DNA from: Heterodontus francisci
Lineage: Eukaryota
Direction: 5' to 3'
Assembly (NCBI RefSeq): GCF_036365525.1
Contig: NW_027140645.1
Location: forward strand, 1-64,000
DNA: 64,000 bases
How positions within the stretch are numbered: position 1 is the stretch's first letter; each line of letters opens with the position of its first letter. Both the position numbers and the translations under genes were made by a program. Shown in pieces: positions 10,830-23,648 of this stretch. The notes beneath the pieces were generated by a model. It searched no databases. It was not told where the DNA came from and saw nothing but the letters and a program-made list of their open reading frames with translations.

Positions 10830-13440
10830 TTTTTTTATTCATTCATGGGATGTGGGCATCACTGGCCAGGCCAGCATTTATTGCCCATCCAGAATTGCCC
10901 TTGAGAAGGTGGTGGTGAGCTGCCTTCTTGAACCACTGCAGTCCATGTGGGGTAGATACACCCACAGTGCTGTTAGGAAGGGAGTTCCAGGATTTTGACC
11001 CAGCGACAGTGAGGGAACGGTGATTATAGTTCCAAGTGTGGATGGTAGAAACATAGAAAATAGGAGCAGGAGTAGGCCATTTGGCCCTTCGAGCCTGTTC
11101 CGCCATTCATTATGATCATGGCTGATCATCCAACTCAGTAACCTGTTCCCGCTTTCTCCCCGTATCCTTTGATCCCTTTCGCCCCAAGAGCTATATCTAA
11201 CTCCTCCTTGAAAACATACAATGTTTTGGCCTCAACTGCTTTCTGTGGTAGCGAATTCCACAGGCTCACCACTCTCTGGGTGAAGAAATTTCTCCTCATC
11301 TCAGTCCTGAAAGGTTTACCCCGTATCCTTAGACTATGACCCCTGGTTCTGGACTCCCCCACCATCAGGAACATCCTTCCTGCATCTACCCTGTTAAGTC
11401 CTGTTAGAATTTTATAGGTTTCTATGAGATCCCCCCTCACTCTTCTGAACTCCAGCGAATATAATCCTAACCAACTCAATCTCTCCTCATATGTCAGTCC
11501 CGCCAATCCAGGAATCAGTCTGGTAAACCTTCGTTGCACTCCCTCGATAGCAAGAACATCCTTCCTCAGATAAGGAGACCAAAACTGCACACAATATTCC
11601 AGGTGTGGCCTCACCAAGGCCCTGTATAATTGCAGCAAGACATCCCTGCTCCTGTACTCGAATCCTCTCGCTATAAAGGCCAAAATACCATTTGCCTTTT
11701 TAACCACTTGTTGCACCTGCATGCTTACCTTCAGCGACTGGTGTACGAGAACACCCAGGTCTTGTTGCATATTCCCCTCTCTCAGTTTATAGCCGTTCAG
11801 ATAATAATCCACCTTCCTGTTTTTGCTACCAAAGTGGATAACCTCACATTTATCCACATTATACTGCATCTGCCATGCATTAGCCCACTCACTCAACTTG
11901 TCCAAATCACCCTGAAGCCTCTCTGCATCCTCCTCACAACACACCCTCCCACTCAGTTTTGTGTCATCTGCAAATTTGGAGATATTACATTTAGTTCCCT
12001 CATCTAAATCATTAATATATATTATGAATAGCTGGGGTCCTAACACGATCCCTGCGGTACCCCACTAGTCACTGCCTGCCATTTGGAAAAAGACCCATTT
12101 ATCCCTACTCTGTTTCCTGTCTGCCAACCAATTTTCTATCCATCGCAAATACACTACCCCCAATCCCATACGCTTTAATTTTACATGCGGGTCTTTGTCG
12201 AAAGTCTTCTGAAAGTCCAAATAAACCACATCCACTGACTCCCTGTCATCAACTCTACTAGTTACATCCTCGAAGAATGCTAGTGGATTTGTCAAGCATG
12301 ATTTCCCTTTCGTAAATCCATGCTGACTCTGACCGATTCTATTGCTGTTCTCCAAGTGCTCTGCTATAAAATCTTTTATAATGGACTTTAGAATTTTCCC
12401 CACTACCGACGTCAGGCTGACTGGTCTATAATTCCCTGCTTTCTCTCTACCTCCCTTTTTAAATAGTGGGGTTACATTAGCTACCCTCCAATCTGTAGGA
12501 ACTGTTCCAGAGTCTATAGAATCTTGGAAGATGACCACCAATGCATCCACTATTTCTAGGGCCACTTCCTGAAGTACTCTGGGATGTAGATTATCAGGCC
12601 CTGGGGATTTATCGGCCTTCAATCCCATCATTTCTCTACTAATACTGATTTCCTTCAGTTCCTCCCTGTCACTAAGCCCTGTGTTCTCCAACATTTCTGT
12701 TATGATATTTGTGTCCTCCTTTGTGAAGACAGAACCAAAGTATGCATTTAGTTGGTCAGCCATTTCTTTATTCCCCATAATAAATTCCCCTGTTTCTGAC
12801 CGTGAGGGACCTACATTTGTCTTCACGAATCTCTTTTTCTTCACATACCTAAAGAAACTTTTACGGTCAGTTTTTATCTTTCCCACAAGCTTGCTCTCGT
12901 ACTCTATTTTCCCCTTCTTTATCAATCCCTTGGTCCTCCTTTGCTGAATTCTAAACTGCTCCCAATCCTCAGTGTGTGTGTGACTTGGAGGGGAGCTTGC
13001 AGGTGGTGATGTTCCCATGCATTTGCTGTCCTTCGAGTTGGTAGAGATCCCGGGTTTGGAAGGCGCTGTCTAAGGAGCCTTGGTGCATTGCTGCAGTGCA
13101 TCTTGTAGATGGTACACACTGCTGCCACTGTGCGTCGGTGCTGGAAGAAGTGAATGTTTGTGGATGGGGTGCCAATCAAGCGGGCTGCTTTGTCCGGGAT
13201 GGTGTCGAGCTTCTTTAGTGTTGTTGGAGCTGCACCCATCCAGGCAAGTGGAGAGTATTTCATCACACTCCTGACTTGTGCCTTGTTAATGGTGGACAGG
13301 CTTTGGGGAGTCAGGAATTCCCAGCCTCTGACCTGCTCTTGTAGCCACAGTATTTATATGGTTACTCCAGTTCAGTTTCTGGTCAATGGTGACCCCCAGG
13401 ATGTTGATAGTGGGGGATTCAATGATGGTAATGCTATTGA
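10830..13440 (-). mobile_element. LINE-B copy interrupted by a CR1 insertion (host parts 10830-11047 and 12973-13440)
   Basis: Host sequence agttccaag...ggatggt|gtgtgacttggagggg is split by the CR1. Confidence 0.85.
11048..12972 (-). mobile_element. CR1 LINE, 5'-truncated, relatively well preserved ORF2 reverse transcriptase
   Basis: ORFs 12065..13018 (KSPGPD, NYRPVSLTS, DFQKTFD) and 11135..12046 ([25 protein letters not shown]) plus CR1 3' UTR. Confidence 0.95.
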
Positions 13441-13824
13441 AGAAAACAGTGTGCGTTAATGGTCTACCGATAAGATGGCAATTGGCAAAGTGTACAACAG
13501 ATCACTAAAACTACAGAGATCCTCAGTTATAAAGCTAAACACAAATTCTTCAACATTGTATTTCTTATACATTTCATAGGGAAATTGAACTTATATAATT
13601 TGAATCTAAATGTCTATATAAATATAAATGTGAAAGTGACACTGTGTTGCCCTGGTGTCACCAGCGGAAACAAAAAATATTAAAGCAGCTGCCCTTTCGG
13701 GGCGCCACAAACTTAACCTTTTGCTTGAAGTTTGCATGTTATTTAGATCAGTCCAAGCAGGTGAAAATTGAGTTTTGTTTCCCCCATAGTTTTTATTCAT
13801 TTTGAACAATTTAATTGTTTTAGA

Positions 13825-14610
13825 AACTTAATGTGAAGTGATTCATTTTGGAAGGTAGAACGCAGAGAGAGATTATAAAATAAAGGATACAACCCTAAAG
13901 GGGGTGCAGGAACAGAGGACCTGGGGGGTATATGTGCATAAGTCATTGAAGGTGGCAGGACAGGTTGAGAGTGTGGTTAATAAAGTATACGGTATCCTGG
14001 GCTTTATTAATTGGGACACAGAGTACAAGAGCAAGGAAGTTATGTTGAACTTGTATCAGACACTAGTTTGGCCTCAGCTGAAGTTTTGCGTCCAGTTCTG
14101 GGTGCCGCTTTTAAGGAAAGATGTGAAGGCACTGGAGTACAGAAAAGATTCGGGGATGAGGAACTTCATTTACAAAGATAGATTGGAGATGTTGGAACTG
14201 TTTTCCTTGAGTGGAAGGCTAAGAGGAGGTTTAATAGAGGTATTCAAAATCATGAGGGGTCTGGACAGAGTAGATAGGGAAAAACTGTTCCCACTCGTGA
14301 AAGGATCACGAACAAGGGGGGGGGGGGGGCACAGATTTAAGGTAATTGGCAAAAGAAACAATGGCGACGTGAAAAGCATGTTCACACAGCGAGTGATTGG
14401 GATCTGGAATGCACTGCCTGAGAGTGTGGTGCAGGCAGGTTCAATCGAGGCATTAAAAAGGGAATTAGACTGGTATATGAGAAGGAAGAACATACAGGAT
14501 TATGGGGAGAAGGCAGGGGAACGGCACTACCTGAATTGCTCACTCGGAGAGCTGGTGTAGACATGATGGGCTGAATGGCCTCTTTCTGCACTGTAACAAT
14601 TCTGTGAAAT
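13825..14610 (+). mobile_element. CR1 LINE 3' fragment
   Basis: ORF 13904..14560 is CR1 ORF2 C-terminus. Confidence 0.9.
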
Positions 14611-15265
14611 ATAATAAACAAACAATTATTAATGCCATCCAGGATGCAACCTCTGAAAGAATGAAAGATTTGTATTTATATAGCACCCTTCAGGATGACC
14701 AAATGTGCCAAAGCGTTTAACAGCCAAGGAAGTACTTTTTGAAGTGTTGTCCTATAGAAACTACATTATCTTATATTACTAATTAATTACTAATGTAGGA
14801 TTACCCTGTGGTGTCACCCGTTGCGAAAGCCAGATATAGTCGAGCTGATAAACCATGCAATCATTTAGAAATAAATTGGATGTTGCATGGCCGGGCATGG
14901 CAGTCATTCTGAGTGAAATGAGCTTCAGATGGACCAGACTGAACATTGAGAGCATGACTGGCCTTTTTTTATTTTTTTTTATTTTTTTGTTTTATTTTTT
15001 AAACCACGTACTTGCCTTAAACTTGGTTTTTCATGTTGTGCTTTTGGACAGAGCTGCTCATCATTCTGCCATTAACACTGTCTCTGGACTCATGCTTTAT
15101 CTGTCACCACAACCATTAGCACTCCCCTTGTCCCATGACATCTTTGTCATTTAATTTCTCCTGCCCTATCACACACCTTCCCTTTTATTCTCATTCCCCA
15201 CTCCCCCTTCACTTGCTTAAAACCTATTACATTTCTAACCTTTGCCAGTTCTGATGAAAGGTCAC

Positions 15266-15588
15266 AGAGATACAGCACCGAAACAGGCCCTTCGGCCCAC
15301 TGAGTCCACGCTGACCATCAACCACCCATTTATACTAATCCTACATGAATCCCATTTTCCCTCTCACATCCCCACCTTCCCTCAATTCTCCTACCACCTA
15401 CCTACACTAGGGGCAATTTTCTTTTAACAATGGCCAATTTATCTATCAACCCGCAAGTCTTTTGGCTTGTGGGAGGAAACCGGAGCACCCGGAGGAAACC
15501 CACGCAGTCACAGGGAGAACTTACAAACTCCACACAGACAGTACCCAGAACCGAACTCGGGTCGCTGGAGCTAACCGCTGCGCCGCCC
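15266..15588 (-). mobile_element. V-SINE (HE1-like tRNA SINE)
   Basis: Head ggcggcgcagcggttagc, V core gtgtggagtttg...gggtgctccggtttcctcccac, CR1-like tail gggccgaagggcctgtttc. Confidence 0.85.
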
Positions 15589-15689
15589 CTGAAACATTAA
15601 AACTCTGCTTCTGTCTCCACAGATGCTGCCGGACCTGCTGAGTATTTCCAGAATTTCTTGTTTTTCTTCCAGCACTTTCTGTTTGTATT

Positions 15690-16270
15690 TGAGATGGGCC
15701 GAATGGCCTGCCTGCGGTGTAATTGATACCGCCAGGCGGAGGTGGCGCTGTGGGATTCGGCTGGCCTTGATTAAAGGGGAGTGTACTCTTGTCCACTGGA
15801 GTCTCTTTGGTGCGGCCTGGAGGCTGATAGTGAAGGCGGTGAGCTCGGTGCTGGTTAGTGCAGTCGGCTCGGGTCCTCCGTGAAGCGGCAGTCGAGGGGA
15901 CAGCGGGGAAATCCAGCCAGCGGCAAGCAAGTTACCGGGTTTGGAATCTATAAAGGGGGAGATGGTAAGTGGGGGCGGGTGTGGAGGCCGCAGGCTTCGG
16001 CCCGCATTTTCCCCCGAAGCAGGCGGCGGGAAGGAGCGCCTTCCACAGCCGAGGCTGTGTGTTTTCAGTGCGGCTGCGGTAGTTGAATCGCTCCGGTTTG
16101 AACGCTTCAGCGGTCGGTCTCGGCCTAGCAGCTTCAGGCCTGGCGGCTGCGTCGTCGCAACCTGATGGAGAATCGCATGTGGCTCAGCGATTTGCGCCAC
16201 TCGGCCCATCGTGTCCGTGTCGGCCCAAAGAGTTATCCAGCCTGATCCCACTTCCCAGCTGTAGGTCACA
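15690..16270 (+). promoter_or_regulatory. CpG island / promoter and first exon region of SNU13
   Basis: Strong GC/CpG enrichment surrounding ATG|gtaagt at 15962-15970. Confidence 0.7.
15962..15964 (+). CDS. SNU13: SNU13 exon 1 coding part (start ATG only)
   Basis: gagATG|gtaagt perfect donor in the CpG island; exon 2 begins at codon 2 (ACA GAA) and so needs an upstream ATG; 3+121+263 = 387 nt = 128 aa + stop. Confidence 0.82.
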
Positions 16271-16309
16271 CCATCTCCAGTGTAAATATAAATACCTGGA
16301 GCAGAGGAC

Positions 16310-17010
16310 ACCGGTTTAAAATGATTGGCAAAAGAACCAGAGGCGACACCAGGAACAACTCCTTTACTCAGCGAGTGTTTCGGATCTGGAATGCACTGCC
16401 TGAGAGTCTGGTGGAGGCAGATTCAATCGTAGCTTTCAAAAGGGAATTGGATAATTATTGGGAGGGCAAAAAAATATTAAAGGGTATGGGAGTGGGACTA
16501 GTTGAGTTGCTCTTGCATTGAGCCAGTATGGGCACGACGGGCCGAATGGTCTGTTCTGTAACCATTCTATGATAACCCTTTCAGATCCCCACCACCCTCT
16601 GGATGAAAAAACTCAACTCTCTAATCCGTCTATCAATTACTTGAAATTTATGCCCTTTTGTTGGCTTTTCTACTAAAGGAAATTGGGCCTCCTTATCCAT
16701 TTTATCTAGGGTCCACATAATATTGTACACCTCAATTAAATCTCCCCCTCGAACTCCTCTGCTATTAAGAAAACAGCCCCATTCTTAGTGGCTAAAATTC
16801 TCCATTCCTGACGTCATTCTTGTAAATCTCCTCCATACCCTCTCTAGTGTGATCACATCCTTCGTGTAATGCTGTAGGCTATACTCTAGCTCTGGCCTAA
16901 CTAGTGTTTCATACCATTCCTTGCTAATAAAAGAAAGTATCCTGTATGCCTTCTTAACCCCCCTTATCTACCTGACCTGCTACCTTCAGGGAACTGTGGA
17001 CATACACTCC
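16310..17010. mobile_element. Two CR1 3' fragments tail-to-tail (plus 16310-16570, minus 16575-17010)
   Basis: FTQRVFRIWNALP ORF on plus; reverse-complement CR1 motifs on minus. Confidence 0.75.
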
Positions 17011-17400
17011 ATGGAGAGAATTTGAGTCCATGAGCTGGATTTTCATTCTGGGATCAGGACCCTGGTGCCCGGATAGTTTCTAGGTCCCGACCCCATACCG
17101 CGTCAACCACACTATTTTCAAAAGCATAAGATCTAATTGGGCCGGGGTGAGTGTGATACCCCATTAGCAGCACCAGTATGTAGGTGGGAAGCAGCTGCAG
17201 ACTGCAATGTTAAAAGGCAGACGGCAGCCATGCTGGGCTCACCATTGCCTTGCAGAATGGTGCAGGCAGCAGATCAGAGGGCCAGCAGTGTAGCTGTGTA
17301 AACAAGTAACTTCCCTCCTGACTCCCCAAAGCCTGGCCATCTACAACGTACAACTCTGCCTGGATGGGTGCAGCTCCAATAACACTCAAGAAGCTCAACA

Positions 17401-18839
17401 CTACTTTTTAAAAAGGGTGAAAGGGGGAACCAAGGAAATTACAGACCAGTTAGCCTGACATCTGTGGTGGGGAAGTTGCTGGAGTCTATAATCAAGGATA
17501 GGGTGACTGAACACCTGGAAACATTTCAGTTAATCGGGGACAGCCAGCATGAATTCATGATGGGAAGGTCAATTTCTGACAAATCTCATTGAATGTTTTT
17601 GAAGAGGTGGCTAAGGTAGTGGACAGGGGAATGTCTATGGATGTTATTTATATGGACTTCCAGAAGGCATTTGATAAACTTCCACATAAGAGACTGTTAA
17701 CTAAGGTAGAAGCCCATGGAGTTGAGGGCAAATTATTGACATGGTTAGGAAGTTGGTTGAGTGGTAGGTGACAGAGTGGAGATAATGGGTAAGTACTCTG
17801 ATTGTCAGGATGTAACTAGTGGTGTCTCGCAGGGATCTGTGTTGGGGCCTCAATTATTCACATTATTCATTAACGATTTGGATGATGGCATAGTAAGTCA
17901 TGTATCCAAATTTGCTGATACAAAATTAGGAGGCATTGTAGACAGTCTAGATAGCATAAAATTGCAAGAAGATATTGACAGACTAGGTGAATGGGCAAAA
18001 CTATGGAAGATGGATTTCAGTGTGGGCAAGTATGAGGTTATCCATTTTGGACCAAAGAAGGATAGAGCAGGGTACTTTCTAAATGGGAAGAGGTTAAGTA
18101 CAGTGGATGTCCAAAGAGACTTGGGGGTTCAGGTGCATAGATCTTTAAAATACCACGAGCAAGTGCAGAAAATAATCAAAAAGGCTAATGGAATGCTAGC
18201 CTTTATATCTAGAGGATTGGAGTATAAAGACACAGGTTATGCTGCAGCTGTACAAAACCCTGGTTAGACTCCACTTGGAGTACTGTGAGCAGTTCTGGGC
18301 ACCACACCTTCGGAAGGATATAATGGCCTTGGGTGGGGTGGGGTGGGGGGGGGGTGCGGGTAGTGCAACGTAGGTTTACAAGAATGATACCTGGACTACA
18401 GGGGTTGTTACGAGGAGAGATTACACAAATTAGGCCTGTTTTCGCTAGAATTTAGAAGGTTAAGGGGTGATCTGATCGAAGTCTTCAAGATATTAACAGA
18501 GAAAGACAGGCTAGATAAAGATAAACTATTTCCACTGGTTAGAGATTCTAAAACTAGGGGGCAGAGTCTAAAAATTAGGACCAGACCGTTCAGGAGAGAT
18601 GTTAGGAAGCACTTCAGGCAAAGAGTGGTAGAAGTTTGGAACTCTCTCCCACAAACAGCAGTTGAAGCTAAAACAGTTGTTAATTTTAAATCTGAGATAG
18701 ACTTTTGTTAAACAAAGATATTAAGGGATATGGGCCAAAGGCAGGACGGAGTTAGGCCGTGGATCAGCCATGATCTCGTTGAATGGCGGGACAGGCTCGA
18801 GGGGCTGAATGGCCTACTCCTGTTCCTATCATCTTATGT
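17401..18839 (+). mobile_element. CR1 LINE nested in a LINE-B copy (host about 17300-17400 and 18840-19070)
   Basis: RT motifs [21 protein letters not shown]; host aagctcaacac|accatccaggacaaagc is split. Confidence 0.88.
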
Positions 18840-19697
18840 ACCATCCAGGACAAAGCTGCCCGCTTGATTGGCACCCCATCCACCACCTTTAACATTCACT
18901 CCCTTCGCCACCGACAGACAGGGGCAGCAGTGTGAACCATCTACAAGATGCACTGCAGCAACGCACCGAGGCTCCTTAGACAGCACCTTCCAAACCCGCA
19001 ACCTCTACCAACTAGAAGGACAAGGGCAGCAGATGCATAGGAACACCACCGCCTGCAAGTTCACCTCCAGATAAAGCAGAAAAAGAAAGCTTGACAGTCG
19101 CAAAAAACTTAATACTTTAGAAAGCCTAGAGGAGTATAGGGTTGAAGTTTATAAAAAAAAAAGGAAATTAGGAAAGAGAGCGGGTGGAAAAATATTGGCA
19201 GGTTAAATCAAGGAAGACCAAAAATATTAGTACATTCAGAGCAAGGGGATAACTAGGGAAAGGCGAGGGCCTATCGGAGATGTACAAGGTAACTTATGAG
19301 TGGATGCAGAAGATGTGGGCTAGGTTCTTGGGGCCGGATGGATTGCATCCCAGGCTGTTAAAGGAAGCCAGGGAGGAAATAGCGGATGCTCTGAGGATCC
19401 TCACTAGATACAAGCACAGTACCAGATGATTGGAGGTCTGGAAACATTGTACCATTGTTTAAAAAGGGTGTGAGGGATAGGCCAAATCATTATAGGCCAG
19501 TCAGTCTGACCTCGGTTGTGGGCAAATTATTAGAATCAATTCTGAGGGATAGGATAAACTGTCACTTAGAAAGGCATGGATTAATCAGGGATAGTCAGCA
19601 TAGATTTGTTAAAAGGTCATGTGTTACTAACAATTTAATTTTTTGAAGAAGGATTGATGAGGGTAGTGCAGTGGATGTGGTCTACAAGGATTTTATT

Positions 19698-20012
19698 TAG
19701 TGATACAGCACTGAAACAGGCCCTTCGGCCCACCGTGTCTGTGCCGACCATCAACCACCCATTTATACTAATCCTACATTAATCCCATATTCTTACCACA
19801 TCCCCACCTTCCCCCTACCTATACTAGGGACAATTTGCAATGGCCAATTTACCTATCAACCTGCAAGTCTTTAGCTGTGGGAGGAAACCGGAGCACCCGG
19901 CAAAAACCCACGCGGTCACAGGGAGAACTTGCAAACTCCGCACAGGCAGTACCCAGAATCAAACCCGGGTCACTGGAGCTGTGAGGCTGCGGTGCTAACC
20001 ACTGTGCCGCCC
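19698..20012 (-). mobile_element. V-SINE (HE1-like)
   Basis: Full tRNA head, V core and tail; interrupts the CR1 DF|KAFEK motif. Confidence 0.88.
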
Positions 20013-20461
20013 TAAGGCATTTGAAAAGGTCCACACGGTCAAGAAAGTAAAAGCCCATGGGATACAGGGGAATGTGGCGAGTTGGATCCAAAATTGGTTC
20101 AGTGATAGAAAACAAAGGGTAATGGGCAATGGATGTTTTTGCGAATGGAAGGCGGTTTCCAGTGGTGGTCCACAGGGCTCAGAGTTGGGTCCTTGTTGTT
20201 TGTGGTATAAATGTGGGAGGCATGATTGGTAAATTTGCAGATGACACAAAAATTGGCCATGTAGTTGATAGTGAAGAGGATATCTGTAGACTCCAGAATG
20301 ATATCAATGGTTTGATTGTGTGGGTGACAAAGTGGCAAATGAAATTCAATATGGAGAAGTGTGAGGTAATGAATTTGGGGAGGGCAAATAAAACAAGGAA
20401 TACATAATAAATGGGAGGATATTGAGAAGGTAGGGGAAGTGAGAGACATTGGAGTCCATAG

Positions 20462-20883
20462 TAAAGGCTGGCTCGGGTCTGCAAATGATACCCGACCCCG
20501 AGCCTGGCTCGAGTCCTTCCATTTTTCCCGCACCCAACCCAACCTGACCATCAGTTAACATACCTTCCGTTTTTCACTTTGTTGCTGATCTGCACAAGCT
20601 TAAAATAACTAACAAAATCACCTTTTCAAGTCCAAAAAGTACATTAACAGAGGAACCACTTACAGGAGGTTGTGATAGAGCGTGTCCAACACGAGCCCGA
20701 ATGCCAGGTAAAAACGATCAATAAAATGAGTAAACAATGTATCAATCAGTAAACCACCATAACTTATCTAGGTATGTTTAGGCATTTTTATCCAGGAAAC
20801 TCTCACTACAACACCAGAATACAACCATCTTCAACACAATATGCATTGTCTGGAATGTCGTCTGGTTCGGGTTCGGGCCTTTA
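20462..20883. mobile_element. Putative non-autonomous DNA transposon (hAT-like MITE)
   Basis: Ends TAAAGGC...GCCTTTA; flanks gtccatag / gtccacag; subterminal cccga/tcggg motifs; interrupts a CR1. Confidence 0.5.
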
Positions 20884-21928
20884 GTCCACAGGTAGATAAA
20901 GTGATGAAGAAGGCATATGGAATGCTTTCCTTAATTGGCCGAGGTATAGAATACAAAAGCAAGGATGTAATGCTGGAACTGTCTAAAACATTGGTTAGGC
21001 CACAGCTGGAGTATTGCGTACCGTTCTGGTCACCACATTACAAGAAGGACATAATTGATCTGGAGAGAGTACAGAGGAGATTTACAAGAATGTTGTCAGG
21101 GCTTGAAAATTCCAGCTATGAGGAAAGATTGGATCGGCTAGGGTTGTTTTCCTTAGAACAGAGGAGGCTGAGGGGTGACTTAATCAAGGTGTACAAAATT
21201 ATGAGGGGCGTAGACAGGAAGGACCTATTTCCCCTGGCAGAGAGGTCAATTACCAGGGGGCACAGATTTAAGGTGATTGGTAGAAGGATTAGAGGGGACA
21301 AGAGGAAAAACTTTTTCACCCTGAGGGTGGTGGGTGTCTGGAATTCACTGCCCAGATCAGTGGTGGAGGCAGAAACCCTCAACTCATTTAAAATGTACCT
21401 GGACATACACCTGAAGTGCTGTAACCTGCAAGGCTATGGACCAGGTTCTGGAAGATGGGATTAGATTGGGTGGCTAGTGTTTTCAGTTGTCACCGACACG
21501 ATGGGCTGAATGGCCTCTTTCTGTGCTGTAACTTTTTGATGGTTATGGGATTCTGTGTTAGAGAGTCTGGTTTAACTGGACTTTTTTTATTTGAGAAAAT
21601 GGGATATTCAGTGTCATTGTATCCAAGAGCCCTAAAGTCCTGTTTGGCTTATAAGGGTTTTATAATGTATTGTGGTAACTGGTTTCAGTACTGACTTTTG
21701 TAATTGCCATTTTCTGAATGTAAAATCTGTGTTCTCGGCTGCATTCTGGCTCAATAATCAGTGCGTTAGTTCTTTGAGAACAGGTGGTTGATGGTTTGTA
21801 GTGCAATACAAGTGAATGTTCCTTTACAGTTTCTTAATGTGCACTTTAATCAGTGCTATATTTAAAAAAAAAAAAAAATATTGAGCTCCCTTCTAATCAG
21901 CTAACTATATCTTGTGTTTTTATTGTAG

Positions 21929-22049
21929 ACAGAACAAGACGTTAACCCAAAAGCCTATCCTCTCGCGGATGCCCAGCTAACAAAGACGATAATGGATCTT
22001 GTACAGCAAGCAGGGAACTATAAGCAACTTCGAAAGGGAGCTAATGAAG
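21929..22049 (+). CDS. SNU13: SNU13 exon 2 (121 bp)
   Basis: ttgtag|ACA GAA CAA GAC GTT AAC CCA AAA GCC TAT CCT...GCT AAT GAA G|gt = [40 protein letters not shown]. Confidence 0.96.
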
Positions 22050-22236
22050 GTACTTCATGTTTTACATCCTGAGTACAGTATTGGATATTAAACTGGAGTC
22101 ATAACGCTACTTGTAATCTGCAGGTAGAAGTTTATTTTTAAGTTGGAAGTGATTCCAGCTGCTCTTGATAGCCTAAGAAAGAACCTGCATTTGTATAGCA
22201 GCTTATCACACATCCCAAAATGCTGTACAGCCAACA

Positions 22237-22532
22237 GGGCGGTGCAGTGGTTAGCACCGCAGCCTCACAGCTCCTGGGACCCAGGTTCGATTCTGGGTAC
22301 TGCCTGTGTGGAGTTTGCAAGTTCTCCCTGTGTCTGTGTGGGTTTTCGCCGGGTGCTCCGGTTTCCTCCCACATCCAAAGACTTGCAAGTGATATGTAAA
22401 TTGCCCCTAATATAGGGAAAATGGGATTGTTGTCGGGTTAGTATAAATGGGTGGTTGTTGGTTGCAACAGACTCGGTGGGCCGAAGGGCCTGTTACAGTG
22501 CTGTATCTCTGAATAAATAAAAATAAATAAAT
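22237..22532 (+). mobile_element. V-SINE in SNU13 intron 2, inserted in a Deu-SINE tail
   Basis: gggcggtgcagtggttagcaccgcagcctcacagctcc head through gggccgaagggcctg tail and A-rich end. Confidence 0.88.
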
Positions 22533-22934
22533 AGATTCCTTGTGTGGTGGCAGACAGTTTGTGCACAGCAAGGTCCTGCAAATGGTCACTGAGCTCTGTG
22601 GAAAAGAAAATTGATGATGTGGGCGATACAGCAAATTTAACAGATTGATTCAGGTCTGCTCCGTTCTGCAGAGGGGCACAGTGTAGGAAAGGGCAAGAGG
22701 TTGGATGTATGTCTGGCATGATGTTTGGTAAAAGTAAATTTGGACCAATGTTTCTGTACTGAATGTAACGATTGCAATCAAAATTGAAAGCAGATTGGGT
22801 TGGGAGGTGGGGAGGGGTGACAGTGTGGAAGGACTCTTTCCCTGGGGTGAGGGGGTTGACAGTGCAGGGAGTGCTTTTTCCCCTCATCTGTCTAAGAGCA
22901 GAGAGAGAATTGATAAATATGTCTTTCTTTGCAG

Positions 22935-23197
22935 CCACCAAGACCTTGAACAGAGGAATTGCTGAGTTCATAGTGATGGCTGCAGATGCTGAACCGTTGG
23001 AGATTATTCTTCATTTACCTCTTCTCTGTGAAGACAAAAATGTGCCTTATGTTTTTGTAAGATCCAAACAGGCTCTGGGTCGTGCATGTGGGGTGTGTCG
23101 GCCAGTCATTGCATCCTCGGTCACCATAAAGGAAGGCTCTCAGCTGAAGCCACAGATCCAGTCTGTTCAACAAGCAGTTGAGCGTTTACTGGTTTGA
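22935..23197 (+). CDS. SNU13: SNU13 (NHP2L1/15.5K, L7Ae-family kink-turn binding protein) exon 3 to stop
   Basis: ttctttgcag|CC ACC AAG...: [54 protein letters not shown]...VERLLV*, near-identical to vertebrate SNU13. Confidence 0.97.
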
Positions 23198-23348
23198 ATT
23201 GCCGTGACAGTCAGTGGAAAATTCAGCGGCTGAACAGGAAATGGCTTCTAACAGTCAGTCGTGTACATTACACTTTTTTTTTTCTAATCTTTTGAACATT
23301 GCGGTAGGATTGTTTGAGGGCACATTTGTAATGTACTTTAATTTCTTC

Positions 23349-23354
23349 AATAAA
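23349..23354 (+). terminator. Putative polyadenylation signal of SNU13
   Basis: AATAAA about 150 nt after the stop codon. Confidence 0.6.
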
Positions 23355-23648
23355 AAGTGCTTCTCCTGAATACTACCTAAGATTTATGCCCCTGAAACTT
23401 GCCTTTCAAATGCTGGACTGGCACTGTATAACAAAGTAATCACTTTTACTGTCTTTAGATGGTAGCACTTATCACTGGGGGACAGCAATCTCTAATCCAA
23501 AAGGTAAATCTTCATTTTTCCCATAGTGTAAGCTTTGCTTACCTTGCCTTTGACCTATTTAGCACAAATACTCATGTAGGAAAATACTAGCTGTTGCTGA
23601 TGCAGGTAGAGGTTTTGATCCAATCTGATGGGTTGAGTCTCCTGAACC

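Larger units (their letters stand above)
19075..21540 (+). mobile_element. Decayed CR1 LINE with internal V-SINE and MITE-like insertions
   Basis: YRPVSLTSVVGKLLE, KFADDTKI, RPQLEYCVPFW ORF fragments. Confidence 0.88.

Noticed and set aside
11135-13018. Functional reverse transcriptase gene or retron-like system
   Set aside because: 5'-truncated, frameshifted CR1 ORF2 lacking the endonuclease and ORF1
15949-15954. TATAAA as the SNU13 TATA box
   Set aside because: Fewer than 10 bp before the ATG, too close to place a TSS upstream of the start codon
15571-16311. 246-aa minus-strand ORF
   Set aside because: GC-rich CpG island plus repeat sequence, no recognisable domain, antisense to SNU13 exon 1
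18330-18362. G-quadruplex-like G run
   Set aside because: Simple G expansion inside a decayed CR1, with no evidence of function
22772-22934. N-terminal extension of SNU13 suggested by the 141-aa ORF
   Set aside because: Intronic read-through upstream of a canonical acceptor; exon 2 supplies the conserved N-terminus
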